In this document: positions 26,437-40,172 of the stretch, in pieces
How positions within the stretch are numbered: the first letter of the stretch is position 1
Layout of the letters: each line of letters starts with the position of its first letter
Origin: Felis catus
Lineage: Eukaryota
Assembly (NCBI RefSeq): GCF_018350175.1
Contig: NC_058368.1
Location: 93,126,001 to 93,190,000, forward strand
Reading direction: 5' to 3'
DNA: 64,000 nucleotides
The notes under the pieces: generated by a model
Database searches by the model: none
Seen by the model: the letters and a program-made list of their open reading frames with translations, nothing else
Told to the model about the DNA's origin: nothing
Program-made: the position numbers and the translations under genes

Positions 26437-27439
26437 ATCTAGGACATTTTATAAGCTTTCTCCCTCATGGTTCCTCCCTTGGTAATTGTTTTTCCAAGAA
26501 CACCTTCACACCAAAGCATCTGCAATAATCAAATAATTATGTTCCAAAAGGAGGGTATTATATTCGAAAAGAGTATGGTTATTGGGGGGAAAACCTGTTG
26601 GCTAGGTTTAATACAAATCTCAAGGGGTGGATTAAAATTCTATAGACTTACTATTTTTCAACTTTGCCTGGTCTTGAGAGAGAGGTGGAATAACGAAGTG
26701 GAAAGAGCATGAGGTTCACAGAATGGGGTTTAGAACTGAGTCCTGACATTTGCTAGCTCTATGCACTTGAATAGCCTCAATCCTGCTGAGCCTCTTTCTT
26801 CTCAGCCACAAAACTAATGTACAAAGAGATATCAGAAGGGCTTTAGGAAGCCTAGCATCTATTTTTCCAAATGATGGTAGACATTTTCTATTACCATTTC
26901 CAGTAAAAGGCAACAAATGCTCATCAACCCCAGTACCTGCCTGTCTTACAACTTTGAACACCTGGCAGTGTAGTTTATAAATTCTCCCATTTGTCTCATT
27001 AATCCTTAAAGGAAGTTACTGGACTCTGGATTTGTTTATTCATTTCCTGATCCTATGGCTATTTTTTGTGTCATGAGATGTAGACTATCAACAGGCACAT
27101 ATTCTTTGTTAGTCTGACCTACTCTTTCCTCTTCTTGCCATATCCACTGTTGGTAAATAAGACCCAGAAATGCGGAGGGTCCTTGGGCCCTGTGCTGAGG
27201 ACTTGGGATACTTGATTAGGGCTCTACTGGTATGTCCACCCAAGAGTTGGACCAAAGGCTCAATTCCTTTTCCAAACCCAACCCTATGGCTGGTGAGCAT
27301 GCTCATACTTCTTCCCATCTGTAACGCACACGGATACAGTTTGTGTTCTAACTGAACTGTCCAGCCAATCCACTAAGAAAATACTATCAAACCTACTGTT
27401 GGACAAATGAATCCTGGTAGATGTTGCAAGGCTGGGAAT

Positions 27440-27441
<2 letters not shown>

Positions 27442-27485
<44 letters not shown>
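27442..27485. repeat. (CA)n microsatellite, about 22 units
   Basis: Direct reading. Confidence 0.98.
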
Positions 27486-27487
<2 letters not shown>

Positions 27488-28218
27488 GGCCAGGAGGACA
27501 CCAGCAACTTCTCCATCTCACTGGCACTATTGCTAGAGCCCCTGATGGGCATGCTCTTTTTCAATTTCTTAGGCCAGGGAAGGACCCACCCCCAAAAAAC
27601 AGCCCACAAATGCTGCTTTCTAGTACTTGTATGAAATATGTCTCAAGTCAGTGAATGCAGAAATGGAAAATACAGATTTTAACTTTGCAGATACCTCCCA
27701 TTTCAAAGGTTTAGAAATATTTTTAAAAATTTCCCCTGGACATGGCCTTTACTCTAGTTATGGGTTTTCTTCTGCCCCAGCATTCATAGTCCCCACGTGG
27801 CAGGGTTGGGGAAGGGTTTACAAAAGTAATTAGAAATTCCTGAGGCAACTTATCCTGGCAGTGTTAGGGGTTCTGGATTAGAGCTGGCTCAACTTTAGGT
27901 CCTGCTCTAAGTTGAGTGTGAGGGAGACAGGGGTCAGCAGATTGTGGCCAAGCAGAAAGCTGAAAAGGGATCCTTTCTCTCCAGGCTTCCTACTTTGCTA
28001 ATAACTTGACTCCTTGACTCCAGGTTAGGAAAGTAGTTCTTATCTCTCTCCATAGCCCAACCACTTAATCATCATCTTCCCTGAGGTCTCCTATGTACCC
28101 GACCTTCCCAAAAATCTGTAGACAAGATATTTCTTGTAGTCAATCCTGTTCCTTAACATATTTTGTGACAGAGAAAACCTAGCACCCTCAGCTAAAGTAA
28201 AAGAATGGAAATATTTGA

Positions 28219-28509
28219 GGGGTGCCTGACTGGCTCAGTTGGTAGCGCATGTGACTCTTGATCTCAGGGTTGAGCTTGAGCCCCACATTGGGTGTAGAGA
28301 TTTAAAAGAGAAAAAAATATTTAAAATAGTGGAAATAGCGGTGCCTGGGTAGCTCATTTGGTTAAGTGACCAACTCTTGGTTTTGGCTCTGGTCATGATC
28401 TCATAGTTCATGAATTTGAGACCTGCATCAGGCTCCATGCTAACAGTGCAGAGCCTGCTTGGGATTCTCTCTCTCCCTCTCTCTCTCTCTGCCCCTCCCC
28501 TGCTTGTGT

Positions 28510-28549
<40 letters not shown>

Positions 28550-28596
28550 CCTCCCTCTCTAAATAAAGTTAAAAATATATATAATAAAAATAAAAA
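28219..28596 (+). mobile_element. Two tandem CAN SINEs (short type 28219-~28322, long type 28338-~28596)
   Basis: Two heads and three copies of the target motif (a/g)tggaaata. Confidence 0.93.
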
Positions 28597-29598
28597 ATGG
28601 AAATACTTGAATTCGTTTACATTAAATTAGTTGAGCTCAAAGGGAAAATGCACACGCACTGTGGGATATTTTGTGGGTATGAATGACAGGGAATCAAACA
28701 GGTGACAGAAGAAACTCTGTGTTGCCACCTGTTACCTCCGCTGAAGCTGGACCAGTTAATGAAGGCCAGCACCTCAGATGCTGCAGAGATTGTGGCCATC
28801 AGCCCTACTCAGATGGTGCATGAAGGATGATTTGAGACACTAAAATAAAGATATCTCTATCTTCACTGTACAGGAAGAATCAAAATTGCTTTAGTAAGAA
28901 GACATTTGGTATAATGTACAACAAAAATCTAACACCTTCTGGTCATAACATTCTAAATCTACATTATTCTAAAAGACCAGAATTTTCACTGTGCCCACCT
29001 ACCATCCCTTCAGGGGGGCTAGAATAGAGACATGCCTCTCTCTCTCCAGTTTTTACACATGTAATGTGATTATGCATAATTCTGCATCACAGATGAACCT
29101 ATTGTCTATCTCGTTTCTTCCCACTTTTGTTTTACTGCTTATAAAAGGAATCGTTAGGTTGGACATTCTTATTTTTATAGGCTTTGGGAATATAAATCCA
29201 AAATAACCATTCTGTTGGGTAAAATCACAGTGCCTCAGAAAGGAAACTAACAGTGAATAGATCAAAGGCGTTAAGTAAGCCAATATTTTTATTTTTGAGT
29301 TTGTAAGGGGAAAGAACATAATATGACTTCAAAAGGGCACTTTTCACTTATTTCTTTAAAAACTTAATTTTGTACCATTTGTATGCTTTTTAAAACATGT
29401 TCAGGGAATTTGAGGATTATACTTCACTTCAAAGAGAGCAATGGTGACAAAGGAGTTGTTGCTCTTAAAACAGGACACAGTAGGGGGAATAAAGGTGTAC
29501 AAACATTTTCTAGTGATGATGAAACAGCTCCAGTATGGAATCTCTTGTATCTTCATGGGATCCCTGCTCCTTATGTCATCTAGAATTAGTCACATTAA

Positions 29599-29789
29599 GG
29601 GACACCTGGGCGGCTCAGTCGGTTGAGTGTCCAACTCTTGATTTCCACTCAGGTCACAATCTCAAGGTCATGAGATCTAGCCCCACGTCAGGCTCAATGC
29701 TCAGTGTTGAGCCTGCTTAAGATTCTCTCTCTCCTTCTCTCTCTGCACCTGCCCCACTAACACACTCTTTCTGAAATAAAATAAAAAAA
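29599..29789 (+). mobile_element. CAN SINE
   Basis: TSD tagtcacattaag. Confidence 0.95.
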
Positions 29790-30041
29790 GGAAATAGTCA
29801 CATTAAGAGGACATTTCTTCTATGTCCTTAATAAAGAAGACCTGAAAAATTAGTAAAACAAAACAAAACAAATAATGCTTTTTTAAAAGCAGTCCTTTCA
29901 TTAAAAAAAAAAAATAGAAGACTGCATTTTAAAGGAATAACCCTTTATAAAGGTATTTGATGAAAACTCACTTCTAAAAAGGAAGGGATAAAAGTAATAA
30001 CATTTGTTTTCATTCTTGACTTTGATAATTAAGAAGCTAGA

Positions 30042-30249
30042 ATTTTTTAAAAATGTTTATTGATTTTTGAGAGAGAGAGAGAGAGAGTGAGCAGGGAAGG
30101 GGCAGAGAAAGGAGACACAGAATCCAAAGCAGGCTCCAGGCTCCAAGCTGTCAGCACAGAGCCCAACACGGGGCTCAAACTCATGAGCTGTGAGATCATG
30201 ACCTGAGCTGAAGTCGGACACTCAACCGACTGAGCCACCCAGGTGCCCC
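30042..30249 (-). mobile_element. CAN SINE
   Basis: TSD taa(g/a)aa(g/c)ctagaa. Confidence 0.95.
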
Positions 30250-30755
30250 TAAAAACCTAGAAATTAAAATGATTTCAGAGCAACAAACAAAAACAACCCC
30301 TGCAAGAAAGCATAAAAAGTGAGAAAGCATGAAGCAAGGAATCCAAAGTAAGGTGAAAGCTAGCAGACTGGCTATAAGTAACCATGGATGAATTTCTACT
30401 CTTAATGAACGGAGAATTTAAAGATTGGGTTAAAAAGAAAACACGTCTATGTGCTTTTTACAAAAAGCATGTGAAATACAATGATAGAAGAAGGTAAAAC
30501 CCAAATTACAGGGAAGGTTTAGGCCAGTGTGAACAAACAAATAAACAGGGCGGTGGCAATATTCATGTCAGACTAATGGAACTCAAGGGAAAGCAATATG
30601 AACTCACAAAAGGATGGCCCATGTTAGATCGATAAAAGTTCATTTCACAGTGAAAAGAAAGTGGACACAAATTGTGGGCACTAAATATCAAAGCATATAA
30701 AGCAAAACTATCAGAAATAACATTATGGGAAGTTTTAAGATGTCTTTGCAGCCTC

Positions 30756-30972
30756 GGGGTGCCTTGGTGGCTCAGTTGGTTAAGTGCCCAACTTCGGCTC
30801 AAGTCATGATCTCATGGTTCATGGGTTTGAGCCCTGCATTGGGCTCTGTGCTGACAGCTCGGAGTCTGGGTCCTGCTTTGGATTCTATGTCTCCCTCTCT
30901 CTCTGCCCCTCCCCTGCTCATGCTCTGTCTCTCTTTCTCTCTCTCAAAAATAAATAAACATTAAAAAAAAAA
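30756..30972 (+). mobile_element. CAN SINE
   Basis: TSD aag(a/g)tgtct(t/c)tgcagcct. Confidence 0.96.
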
Positions 30973-31030
30973 AAGGTGTCTCTGCAGCCTGGAGAGTTCA
31001 AATAAACCAAACATTAATAATCATGGTTTT

Positions 31031-31632
31031 GACAAACTGGTGCAGTCACTTTCGAAGACAGTATGGAGATTCCTCAAAAAGTTAGAAATAGAACTACCCT
31101 GTGATCCAGCAATTGTACTACTAGGTATTTACTCAAAGGATACAAGAACATTAGTTCAAAGGGATACATGCACCCCTGTGATTATAGCAGCACTATCAAC
31201 AATAGCCAAATTACGGAGACAGCCCAAATGTCCACTGACTGATGAGTGGATAAAGAAGATGTGGTGTGTGGCATGCACACACATGCACACACACACACGC
31301 ACACACACACACACACACAATGGAATATTAGCCATGACAAAGAATGAAATCTTGCAATTTGCAACAAAGTGGATGCAGCTAGAGAGTATTGTGATAAGCA
31401 AAATAAGTCAGAAAAAGACAGATATCATATGATTTCGCTCCTATACGGAATTTGAGAAACAAAACAAATGAACATGGTGGGGAAAGAGAAGAAAACCAAG
31501 AAGCCGACTCTTAACTCTAGAGAACAAACTGATGGTCACTAGAGGGGAGGTGGGCAGAGGGATGGATGAAATAGGTGATGGAGATTAAGGAGTGCACCTG
31601 TCATGATGAGCACTGGGTGTTGTATGGAACAG
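31031..31632 (+). mobile_element. LINE-1 3' fragment (ORF2 C-terminus plus 3'UTR) lacking a poly(A) tail, with internal (CA)n
   Basis: Translates [26 protein letters not shown]. Flanked by direct repeat tcatggtttt. Confidence 0.92.
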
Positions 31633-32058
31633 TCATGGTTTTAAAAGAAAAATAAATATCAGAATAGACTCAAGACCTAGTAGAAACATGAAAGACGTAC
31701 TTTTTAATAAGTGACCTGTGAGAACTGGATAGGTGTTTTCAAAAGGATAATATTAGATCCATACTTTACATCATACAAAAGATTTCACTCCAAATGGATC
31801 ACAGAACTAAATGTAAAACTGAAACTTTACAAGTATTGGAACATAAGATGGATGGATTTCTCTAATGTATAATGAAAGGCTTATTGGAATCCAGAGGTAA
31901 TAAAAGACACATAAATTTGCTTTTGTAAAAATAAAAGAAGTTTTCCATAGCAATAAAGATTGTAAGCAAAGTTAAAAGTAGGTGATAAACTACAAGAAAC
32001 TATTTGCAATATTCATTGCAGAGAAAGGACTAAAATAATTAATATAGAGAAAGAATCC

Positions 32059-32172
32059 TTTTTTTTAAGTTTTTATTTATTTAAGTAATCTCTATACCTT
32101 ACCTGGGACTTGAACTCATGACCCTGAGATCAAGAGCTGCATGCTCTTCCGAGTAAGCCAGACAGGCACCCC
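32059..32172 (-). mobile_element. Short-type CAN SINE
   Basis: TSD taga(g/a)aaagaat(c/t)ctt. Confidence 0.9.
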
Positions 32173-32499
32173 TAGAAAAAGAATTCTTAAAATTGAGAGG
32201 GAAAGATCTAAAACCCTAATAGAAAAAAATTTTAATGGGTAAAAGACAGCTGATTTTCAAAAAAAAAAAAAAAAAAAACAAAAGACAAAAACCACCCAGA
32301 TATAAAATGATTCTTAAACAGATGAAAAGGTATTTTATTAATAATAAGAGAGGTGCAAATTGAAACCACACTGATAGGCCATTTCTCTCTCACCCATTCA
32401 ACTGGCAAAAATGGAATGTATGACAGCCCAGTTCACTGGTGGGAATGTGGAAGGACACAACCCTCTCAAAGGGAAATTGGCCATATCTAAGAAAACTAC

Positions 32500-32693
32500 A
32501 TTTATTTTTTTAATGTTTTATTTGTGAGAGAGAGTGTGAGTGGGGGAGGGACAGAAAGAGAGGGAGAGAGAAAATCCCAGGCAGGCTCCACACCGCCAGT
32601 GCAGAGCCCCACAGGGGGCTTGAACCCACGAACCAAGAGATCATGACCTGAGCCAAAGTCAGATGCTCAACCAACTGAGCCACCCTGGTGCCC
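32500..32693 (-). mobile_element. CAN SINE
   Basis: Reverse-complement body. Confidence 0.94.
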
Positions 32694-33294
32694 GGATTTA
32701 TTTCTGACCCAGAAATCTCTCTTGTAGGTTTTGACTCTGAAGATACAACTTCAAACACTACAGGAGTATCTACAAATGAGGTTGTGAATTACAGCATTAC
32801 CGATAATTACAAAACATTGCATACAACATAGATGCTCACATTTTAAAATGTTTTTCTTCAAAATGGAATAACAAGTGGCTGCATAAAAGAATAAGGAAGA
32901 TCCCCATGAACAGACAGGGAATGACCTCAAGGATTTATTGACAGATGTCAAGTAAGCAAAGTGTAAAGATGTACCTGTAGTGTATTTGTGTAAAAAAGAG
33001 AAATAAGAAAAGCACGTTTATTTTTACAACAGGAAATACCAGAATAAGTCAGAAACTAAAAAAAAATATATACTACAGGGGATAGGTGGAGATAGGGTGG
33101 GAAGGAATAGGGAGGGATGATACTTGTCTAGGTATATTATTAATAATTATTAGTTTTTGAACCACATCAATAGTTTACATGCTCAAAAAATTCTGAGTGG
33201 AAAAAAAATTGTATCCATGAGAATATGGGAAAAACCCTAAAACAGAACAAAATTAAATGAACCCCATGGTAACCTCAAATGAAAAATATAATCA

Positions 33295-33514
33295 GGGGCT
33301 CCTGGGTGGCTCAGTTGGCAAAGTGTCTGACATCAGCTCAGGTCGTGATCTCACGGTTTGTGAGTTCGAGTCCCATGTCAGGCTCTGTGCTGACGCTGGG
33401 AGCCTGCTTCAGATTCTGTCTGTCTGTCTCTCGCTCTGGCTCTCTGCCTCTCTCCTGCTCACATTCTCTCTGTCTCTCAAAAATAAGTTAAAATATTCAA
33501 AAAATTTTAAAAAA
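33295..33514 (+). mobile_element. CAN SINE
   Basis: TSD gaaaaatataatca. Confidence 0.95.
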
Positions 33515-34614
33515 GAAAAATATAATCATATTCAAAGTGTGTGTGTTGCAGGGGAGGAAACAACCTTAGTAATTTTTTATGACTTTTTATTTTGCATAAT
33601 AATAGACTTGCAGAAAAGTTGCAAAAAAAAGTACAAGGGTTTCCTTATATCCCTACCCATTTCCTCAATGGTAACATCTTACAAAACCCTGATATAATTA
33701 TAAAAACAAGAAATTAACATTGGTACGATATTAATCAGTCCACAGACCTTACTTGAATGAAATTATCTCGATCTAAAGACATTTATTATGCTTGTTTTTC
33801 CATAGCAGTGTGGGTAAGCAGTTGTAAAACTACTTTCTGTATACTAGAAGGTTGAGAAACTAAATATACACTGAGGACCGCGGAAGCAGATTTCTCAGTG
33901 TTGGAGAAGGGAGTTGCAAATGCAGAGTGGGGTCAGACTGGGAGGAAACTTGTGGTATTAGGAATTGGAAGCATCAGTATGAACTGACGGATCTAGAAAC
34001 AGATACAGATACGTATTTAAATAAACATGTTTGTGTATTCATTTCCGAATTGTGTTTTGTGAAAGAGACCTAGCAGCAAAAGAATCCCACACCTCGTGCT
34101 TGACCTTGAATTCTTAATACCAGTCTCCACTAAATATTGAATACCGTTCTCCTGGTAGAAACGGCAGATTACAGAAGTAGGACAGAAAAGTTCAAGATAA
34201 GCCAGAAACATCTCATGCCGGAAAGGAAGAAACATTCAAATGCGGATATGAAGGACATAAGGGACACACAGGGCAGCCTGAAGGGGCACAAGTCATAAAA
34301 TCACAAATCTGGGAGAGTCCGTGCATCCAAAGAATACTGATATTAAGAGTTTATGAGTAAAAATATAAAATAAATATGTTATATAAAATATGTGAAATAA
34401 ATGAATAAAAATATGAAATAAAAAACTGAAGTAAATGAAATCTTTAGGTACTTGCTTAATAAATAAAAGGAAAAAACTGTTCCTTATGGTGAGGGAAAGT
34501 ATGTGAAGATCAGAATGGTTATTTCCATGGTATCAAAATACCTTACAAAACATTGTTTTACTACTTACAAAAGGTTAATAGTAATTTTGCTGTTTAAAAA
34601 AAGAAGAAGAAGAA

Positions 34615-34807
34615 GGGCACCTGGATGGCTCAGTTGGCTATGGGTCTGACTCCGGCTCAAGTCATGTCCTCACAGTTTGTGAGTCTGAGCCCTGCAGTGA
34701 GCTCACTGCTGTCAGCACAGAGCCTGGTTCAGATTCTCTGTCTCCCTCTCTCTCTCTGCTTCTCTCTCTCTCTCTCTCTCTCTCTCAAAATAAATAAATA
34801 AACATTT
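34615..34807 (+). mobile_element. CAN SINE
   Basis: Body and tail directly abut the young L1. Confidence 0.94.
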
Positions 34808-34821
34808 AAAAAACAAAACAA

Positions 34822-36244
34822 TGGCACAAAAACAGACACATAGACCAATGGAATAGAATAGAAACCCCAGAACTAGACCCACAAACGTATGGCCAACTCA
34901 TCTTTGACAAAGCAGGAAAGAACATCCAATGGAAAAAAGACAGCCTCTTTAACAAATGGTGCTGGGAGAACTGGACAGCAACATGCAGAAGGTTGAAACT
35001 AGACCACTTTCTCACACCATTCACAAAAATAAACTCAAAATGGATAAAGGACCTGAATGTGAGACAGGAAACCATCAAAACCTTAGAGGAGAAAGCAGGA
35101 AAAGACCTCTCTGACCTCAGCCGTAGCAATCTCTTACTCGACACATCCCCAAAGGCAAGGGAATTAAAAGCAAAAGTGAATTACTGGGACCTTATGAAGA
35201 TAAAAAGCTTCTGCACAGCAAAGGAAACAACCAACAAAACTAAAAGGCAACCAATGGAATGGGAAAAGATATTCGCAAATGACATATCAGACAAAGGGCT
35301 AGTATCCAAAATCTATAAAGAGCTCACCAAACTCCACACCCGAAAAACAAATAACCCAGTGAAGAAATGGGCAGAAAACATGAATAGACACTTCTCTAAA
35401 GAAGACATCCGGATGGCCAACAGGCACATGAAAAGATGTTCAGCGTCGCTCCTTATCAGGGAAATACAAATCAAAACCACACTCAGGTATCACCTCACGC
35501 CAGTCAGAAGCCAAAATGAACCAATCAGGAGACTATAGATGCTGGAGAGGATGTGGAGAAACGGGAACCCTCTTGCACTGTTGGTGGGAATGCAAATTGG
35601 TGCAGCCGCTCTGGAAAGCAGTGTGGAGGTTCCTCAGAAAATTAAAAATAGACCTACCCTATGACCCAGCAATAGCACTGCTAGGAATTTATCCAAGGGA
35701 TACAGGAGTACTGATGCATAGGGCCACTTGTACCCCAATGTTCATAGCAGCACTCTCAACAATAGCCAAATTATGAAAAGAGCCTAAATGTCCATCAACT
35801 GATGAATGGATAAAGAAATTGTGGTTTATATACACAATGGAATATTACGTGGCAATGAGAAAAAATGAAATAGGGCCTTTTGTAGCAACGTGGATGGAAC
35901 TGGAGAGTGTGATGCTAAGTGAAATAAGCCATACAGAGAAAGACAGATACCATATGGTTTCACTCTTATGTGGATCCTGAGAAACTTAACAGGAACCCAT
36001 GGGGGAGGGGAAGGAAAAAAAAAAAAAAAGAGGTTAGAGTGGGAGAGAGCCAAAGCATAAGAGACTGTTAAAAACTGAGAACAAACTGAGAGTTGATGGG
36101 GGGTGGGAGGGAGGAGAGGGTGGGTGATGGGTATTGAGGAGGGCACCTTTTGGGATAAGCACTGGGTATTGTATGGAAAGCAATTTGTCAATAAATTTCA
36201 TATATAAAAAAAATAAAATAAAATAAAAGCCAAAAAAAAAAACA
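34822..36244 (+). mobile_element. Young 5'-truncated felid LINE-1 (L1_Fc-like)
   Basis: ORF2 C-terminus open from [13 protein letters not shown] to about 35508, then a frameshift and a TGA at 35774. 3'UTR and A tail present. Perfect 14-bp TSD aaaaaacaaaacaa at 34808 and 36245. Confidence 0.97.
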
Positions 36245-36467
36245 AAAAAACAAAACAAGGAAAGGCAAGCAACTACTTCCTCAACCAAGGAAACAAAGTA
36301 ACACTATCAATAAATGTGCAGACTAATGTCATATGCCTGCTGATATGATGTAAGAAAGGAAGACCAATCATTTATGTGTTCATCCCACCAAAAATACATA
36401 ATGTGAATCTAATAGTGAGGAGCTATCAGACAATCTCAAAGACATAAACCAAAAGTAAATGTAAACT

Positions 36468-36702
36468 ATTTATTTTTTTCATTTTTAAAAAAATTTTTAA
36501 TGTTTCATTTATTTTTTAGACAGAGAGAGACAAAGCATGAGTGGGGATGGGGCAGAGAGAGAGGGAGAGACAGAATATGAAGCAGGCTCCAGGCTCTGAG
36601 CTGTCAGCACGGAGCCGAGCGCGGGGCTCAAACTCACAAACTGTGAGATCATGACCTGAGCCAAAGTTGGATGCTTAACCAACTGGGCCACCCGGGTGCC
36701 CC
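36468..36702 (-). mobile_element. CAN SINE
   Basis: TSD gtaaact. Confidence 0.95.
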
Positions 36703-37026
36703 GTAAACTGACTTTTTAAAAAAACTAACCAGTCTTCATAAATGTTTTTATGAATCTTCATAAATGATTTTAGAAAGGACAAAGAAATCCAATTGTGGGA
36801 AACTTAATAGATACAACTAAATGCAAGTCAACTTTCTAGACCAGGAGGATAAAACAAATTATAAAGGACATATAGAGACAACTGGCCAAATTTGAATATC
36901 GGTCATAGATTAAGTACTAGTTTTGTATCGATCTTAAATTTTCTTATTTGCTAACTATATTGTGGTTATAAAAGATAAAACTTTATTCTTAACAAATGCA
37001 GATTCAAAAATATATCATAAGGGCAA

Positions 37027-37149
37027 GGGGGCGCCTGGGTGGTTCAGTCAGTTGAGCATCCAACTCTTGATTTTGGCTCAGGTCATGATCTCACGGTCAT
37101 GAGATGGAGTCATGCATCAGGCTCTGTGCTGCCCATGTAGCCTGCTTGG

Positions 37150-37204
<55 letters not shown>

Positions 37205-37285
37205 CCCCCCCCCCACTGCCGCTCCCCCACTCATGCTCACTCTTACTCTCTCTCAAAAAATAATAAAACAATTAAAAATTTTTTA
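37027..37285 (+). mobile_element. CAN SINE with (CT)n
   Basis: TSD aaaaat(a/g)tatcataa. Confidence 0.94.
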
Positions 37286-37561
37286 AAAAATGTATCATAA
37301 AGGAGTATAATGTCCTCAACTCATTCTCAAAGGGTTCAGGGTTCAGAAAAATGTGACTTGTACAGGAGGCAGAAGGGGGGATTGGAGAGAGAACTACCGA
37401 CAAAGCAATTTGGAAAAATGTTAACGACTAGTGAATTTAGTTAAATAGTATACATAGGATCTTTGTATTATTCCTAAAACCTTTTTGTAAGTTTGAAATT
37501 ATATCAAAATAAAACATCCCATGAAAGTAAAGAACCATCAATAGGGGGTGGGTAGAAGTTT

Positions 37562-37737
37562 GGGGCACCTGGGTGGCTTAGTCAGTTGAGCAACCGACTA
37601 GATTTCAGCTCAGGTTGTGATCTCACCATCACGAGTTTGAGCCCTGTGTCGGTCTCCACACTGAGCACGGAGCTTGCTTGGGATTCTCTCTCTCCCTCTC
37701 TGTCTGCCCCTCCCCTGCTCATGGACACAGGCACGCG

Positions 37738-37768
<31 letters not shown>

Positions 37769-37780
37769 CATTTTAAAAAA
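37562..37780 (+). mobile_element. CAN SINE
   Basis: Full body and tail. Confidence 0.94.
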
Positions 37781-38804
37781 AGAAGAGTTTTTTTTTTTTT
37801 ACAGAAAGTAAAAAAAACAGAAAGGAGAGAGGTCTATATATAGTCATGGAAAGCTCTCCAGGGTACATAGTATTGTAGGTTTTTAAAGCTTGGATAATAA
37901 ATAAATTATTGTCTCACGTAACACACACAAGTGTACATGTTTCCACATTCATATAAATATGTGCACATACATAGAGAAAAATATGATGGAATGTACTAAA
38001 AGTACAAAGTTGGTTACCTCTGGGCAGAAGTAAAAATGTGGTTGGAGCGATCAAGGAAGACTCCCATGTCAACTGTATTGGTTAATTTTTTTTTCTTTAA
38101 GGAAAATGTCTTCTTGTATTAATGGAGACAAACTAAAAGGGAAAGTGTTTAAAACATTCCAGAAAGTGAGTAAGCAATGAAACAGGAGAAAATGGGAGAA
38201 GATGGACTCAACAGTACTAGGAAACATCACCCTTGAATAGGGAAATCATTTGTTCTGACATACAGAAAGGGAGGTTGTGAAACTTGAGGCAGGTAGCCAC
38301 ACATTTGGAGGCTGGGTTAGGGAAGCTAGTTCAAATCCAAAGGCCTCTGTTTTTGTGTGAAGTAGGATGTGAGATCAACTATAAATAAGTTAAAGAGGGG
38401 GCTTTCAGAGTAAATTTAGTCTAGAAGACTACACCCATGGAAGACAGAAAAGTTGTCTTCAGATACTTGGAGGGAGAGAGAATGGAACCATTCTACATGG
38501 GCAAAGACCATCAAGACATTGAAAGGCTGATTTTTGGCTTAAAACCATGGCTGTCCAACAATGGAACAGGCTCTCTTAATAGAAAGTGAGTCCCCTGCTG
38601 TTTGAGTTGTTTAAGCAGAGGTTGGAGGATGCTGACAACTACATTCTATTTGTATCAAGACATCTCAAGTCCCTGCTTCTTGTTTATCCCACAACCACAC
38701 CCCACAATGTTCTATCATAAGTGATGGAACTCTGCAGTAGGATCTTCCTGTTAGCAAATTGTTGCTCTGGAACTTATCTCTCAAAAAATTATAAACTGTA
38801 TTTT

Positions 38805-39006
38805 AAGTTTAATTATTTAGTTTGAGAGAGAGGAGCACAAGGAGGGGAAGAGCAGACGGAGAGGGACAGAGAGAAAGAATCCCAAGCAGGCTCTGCACTG
38901 TCAATGTGGAGCCCGACGTGGGGGTCAAACTCACAAACCTTGAGATCGTGACCGGAGCAGAAATCAAGAATTGGTCGCTTAACTGATTGAGCCACCCAGG
39001 CACCCC
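38805..39006 (-). mobile_element. CAN SINE
   Basis: TSD tataaact..ttttaa. Confidence 0.95.
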
Positions 39007-39710
39007 TATAAACTATTTTTAAAGATACTGTAATATATAAAAACAACCTAGCTTAAGAAAATAAAATATGACAAGTACATTTGAAATCCACTGTACTTCA
39101 ATTATATTCCATTTCCTTCTCAGTGCACCTCCCTCTCTTTCCCACCAGGGGTATCCATTATCCTGAGCTTAAGATTTGTCTTCCTGTTGCTTTTCTTATA
39201 TTTTCATAGGGTGTATTCTCTGTTTTTATGTATTTATTTAATATAATTTAAAACTACTAAAACATTATTTAGTATATTTTACTATATGTACTTTGTTGAT
39301 TCCCTTTTTTTAGTCAACATTAGAAAATTTATAAGTGTGTGTGGGGGGTGAGTGCATGTGATGGACATTTAAGTCAATTTCAGTACTATCATCATGATAC
39401 ATGATGCTGATATGAAAATCCTTGTACATATCTTCTTGCATATCTCCTATGTGTGTATGACGGTTGCTGGAACAGAGCTCACCAACCAGCGTGACACAGG
39501 TCCTCTGTTGGCCATGACTGCTTTAGTTAGTGAGCAGAGATGATGGCCTGTGTTTGGCTTGAAGTTGGCCAGGTAGGGTCTGGGGTAAGGGAAGTACACA
39601 GTTACCCATGGGCACAAAGAGTACTGTGCATTTACTCTAGTGTGCCATGAACTATTATCATTGCCTATATCCCCCAAGTCACATATGAATGTTATACAGA
39701 GCAGTGTGCT

Positions 39711-39735
39711 TTTTTAATGTTTATTTATTTATTTT

Positions 39736-39782
<47 letters not shown>

Positions 39783-39947
39783 AAGCATGAGTGGGGAAGG
39801 GGCAGAGAGAGAAGGAGAGAGAGAATCAGAAGCAGGCTCCACATTCAGTATGGAGCCTGATACAGGGCTCAATCCCATGACTCTAGGATCATCACCTGAG
39901 CCAGCCAAGAGTCAGATGCTCAAATGACTGAGCCACCCAGGTGCCTC
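39711..39947 (-). mobile_element. CAN SINE with (GA)n
   Basis: TSD ..tgtgctt. Confidence 0.94.
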
Positions 39948-39952
39948 CAGAC

Positions 39953-40172
39953 CTGTGCTTCTAAAACTATCTACAAGGAAGGATTTGTAAGTTTTCCAAT
40001 TGGCTATAGACAGATACTTTCATAAAACACAAAATGGATGACATTGCAATGTCAAATTACTATCAAAGCTTCTAAATGCTTACTCTAAAGTTTTTGTTTT
40101 TATTTCTGCATGGACTGGTCAGGACAACTTGCAGAGTCATATCTATCTGAGGACCCTGCTTTGAGTAGCACT
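39953..40172. mobile_element. hAT-Charlie-type MER relic
   Basis: Imperfect terminal inverted repeats gtgcttctaaaa ... tttgagtagcac. Confidence 0.55.

Larger units (their letters stand above)
31700..34560 (+). mobile_element. Ancient fragmented L1 (L1M/MC-like ORF2 C-terminus and 3'UTR) interrupted by SINEs
   Basis: Degenerate motifs such as aaatggatcacagaactaaatgtaaaa, aaattgaaaccacactgat and gacccagaaat. A-rich + strand. Confidence 0.65.

Noticed and set aside
34993..35776. L1 ORF2 ORFs as functional genes
   Set aside because: 5'-truncated, frameshifted and with a premature stop.
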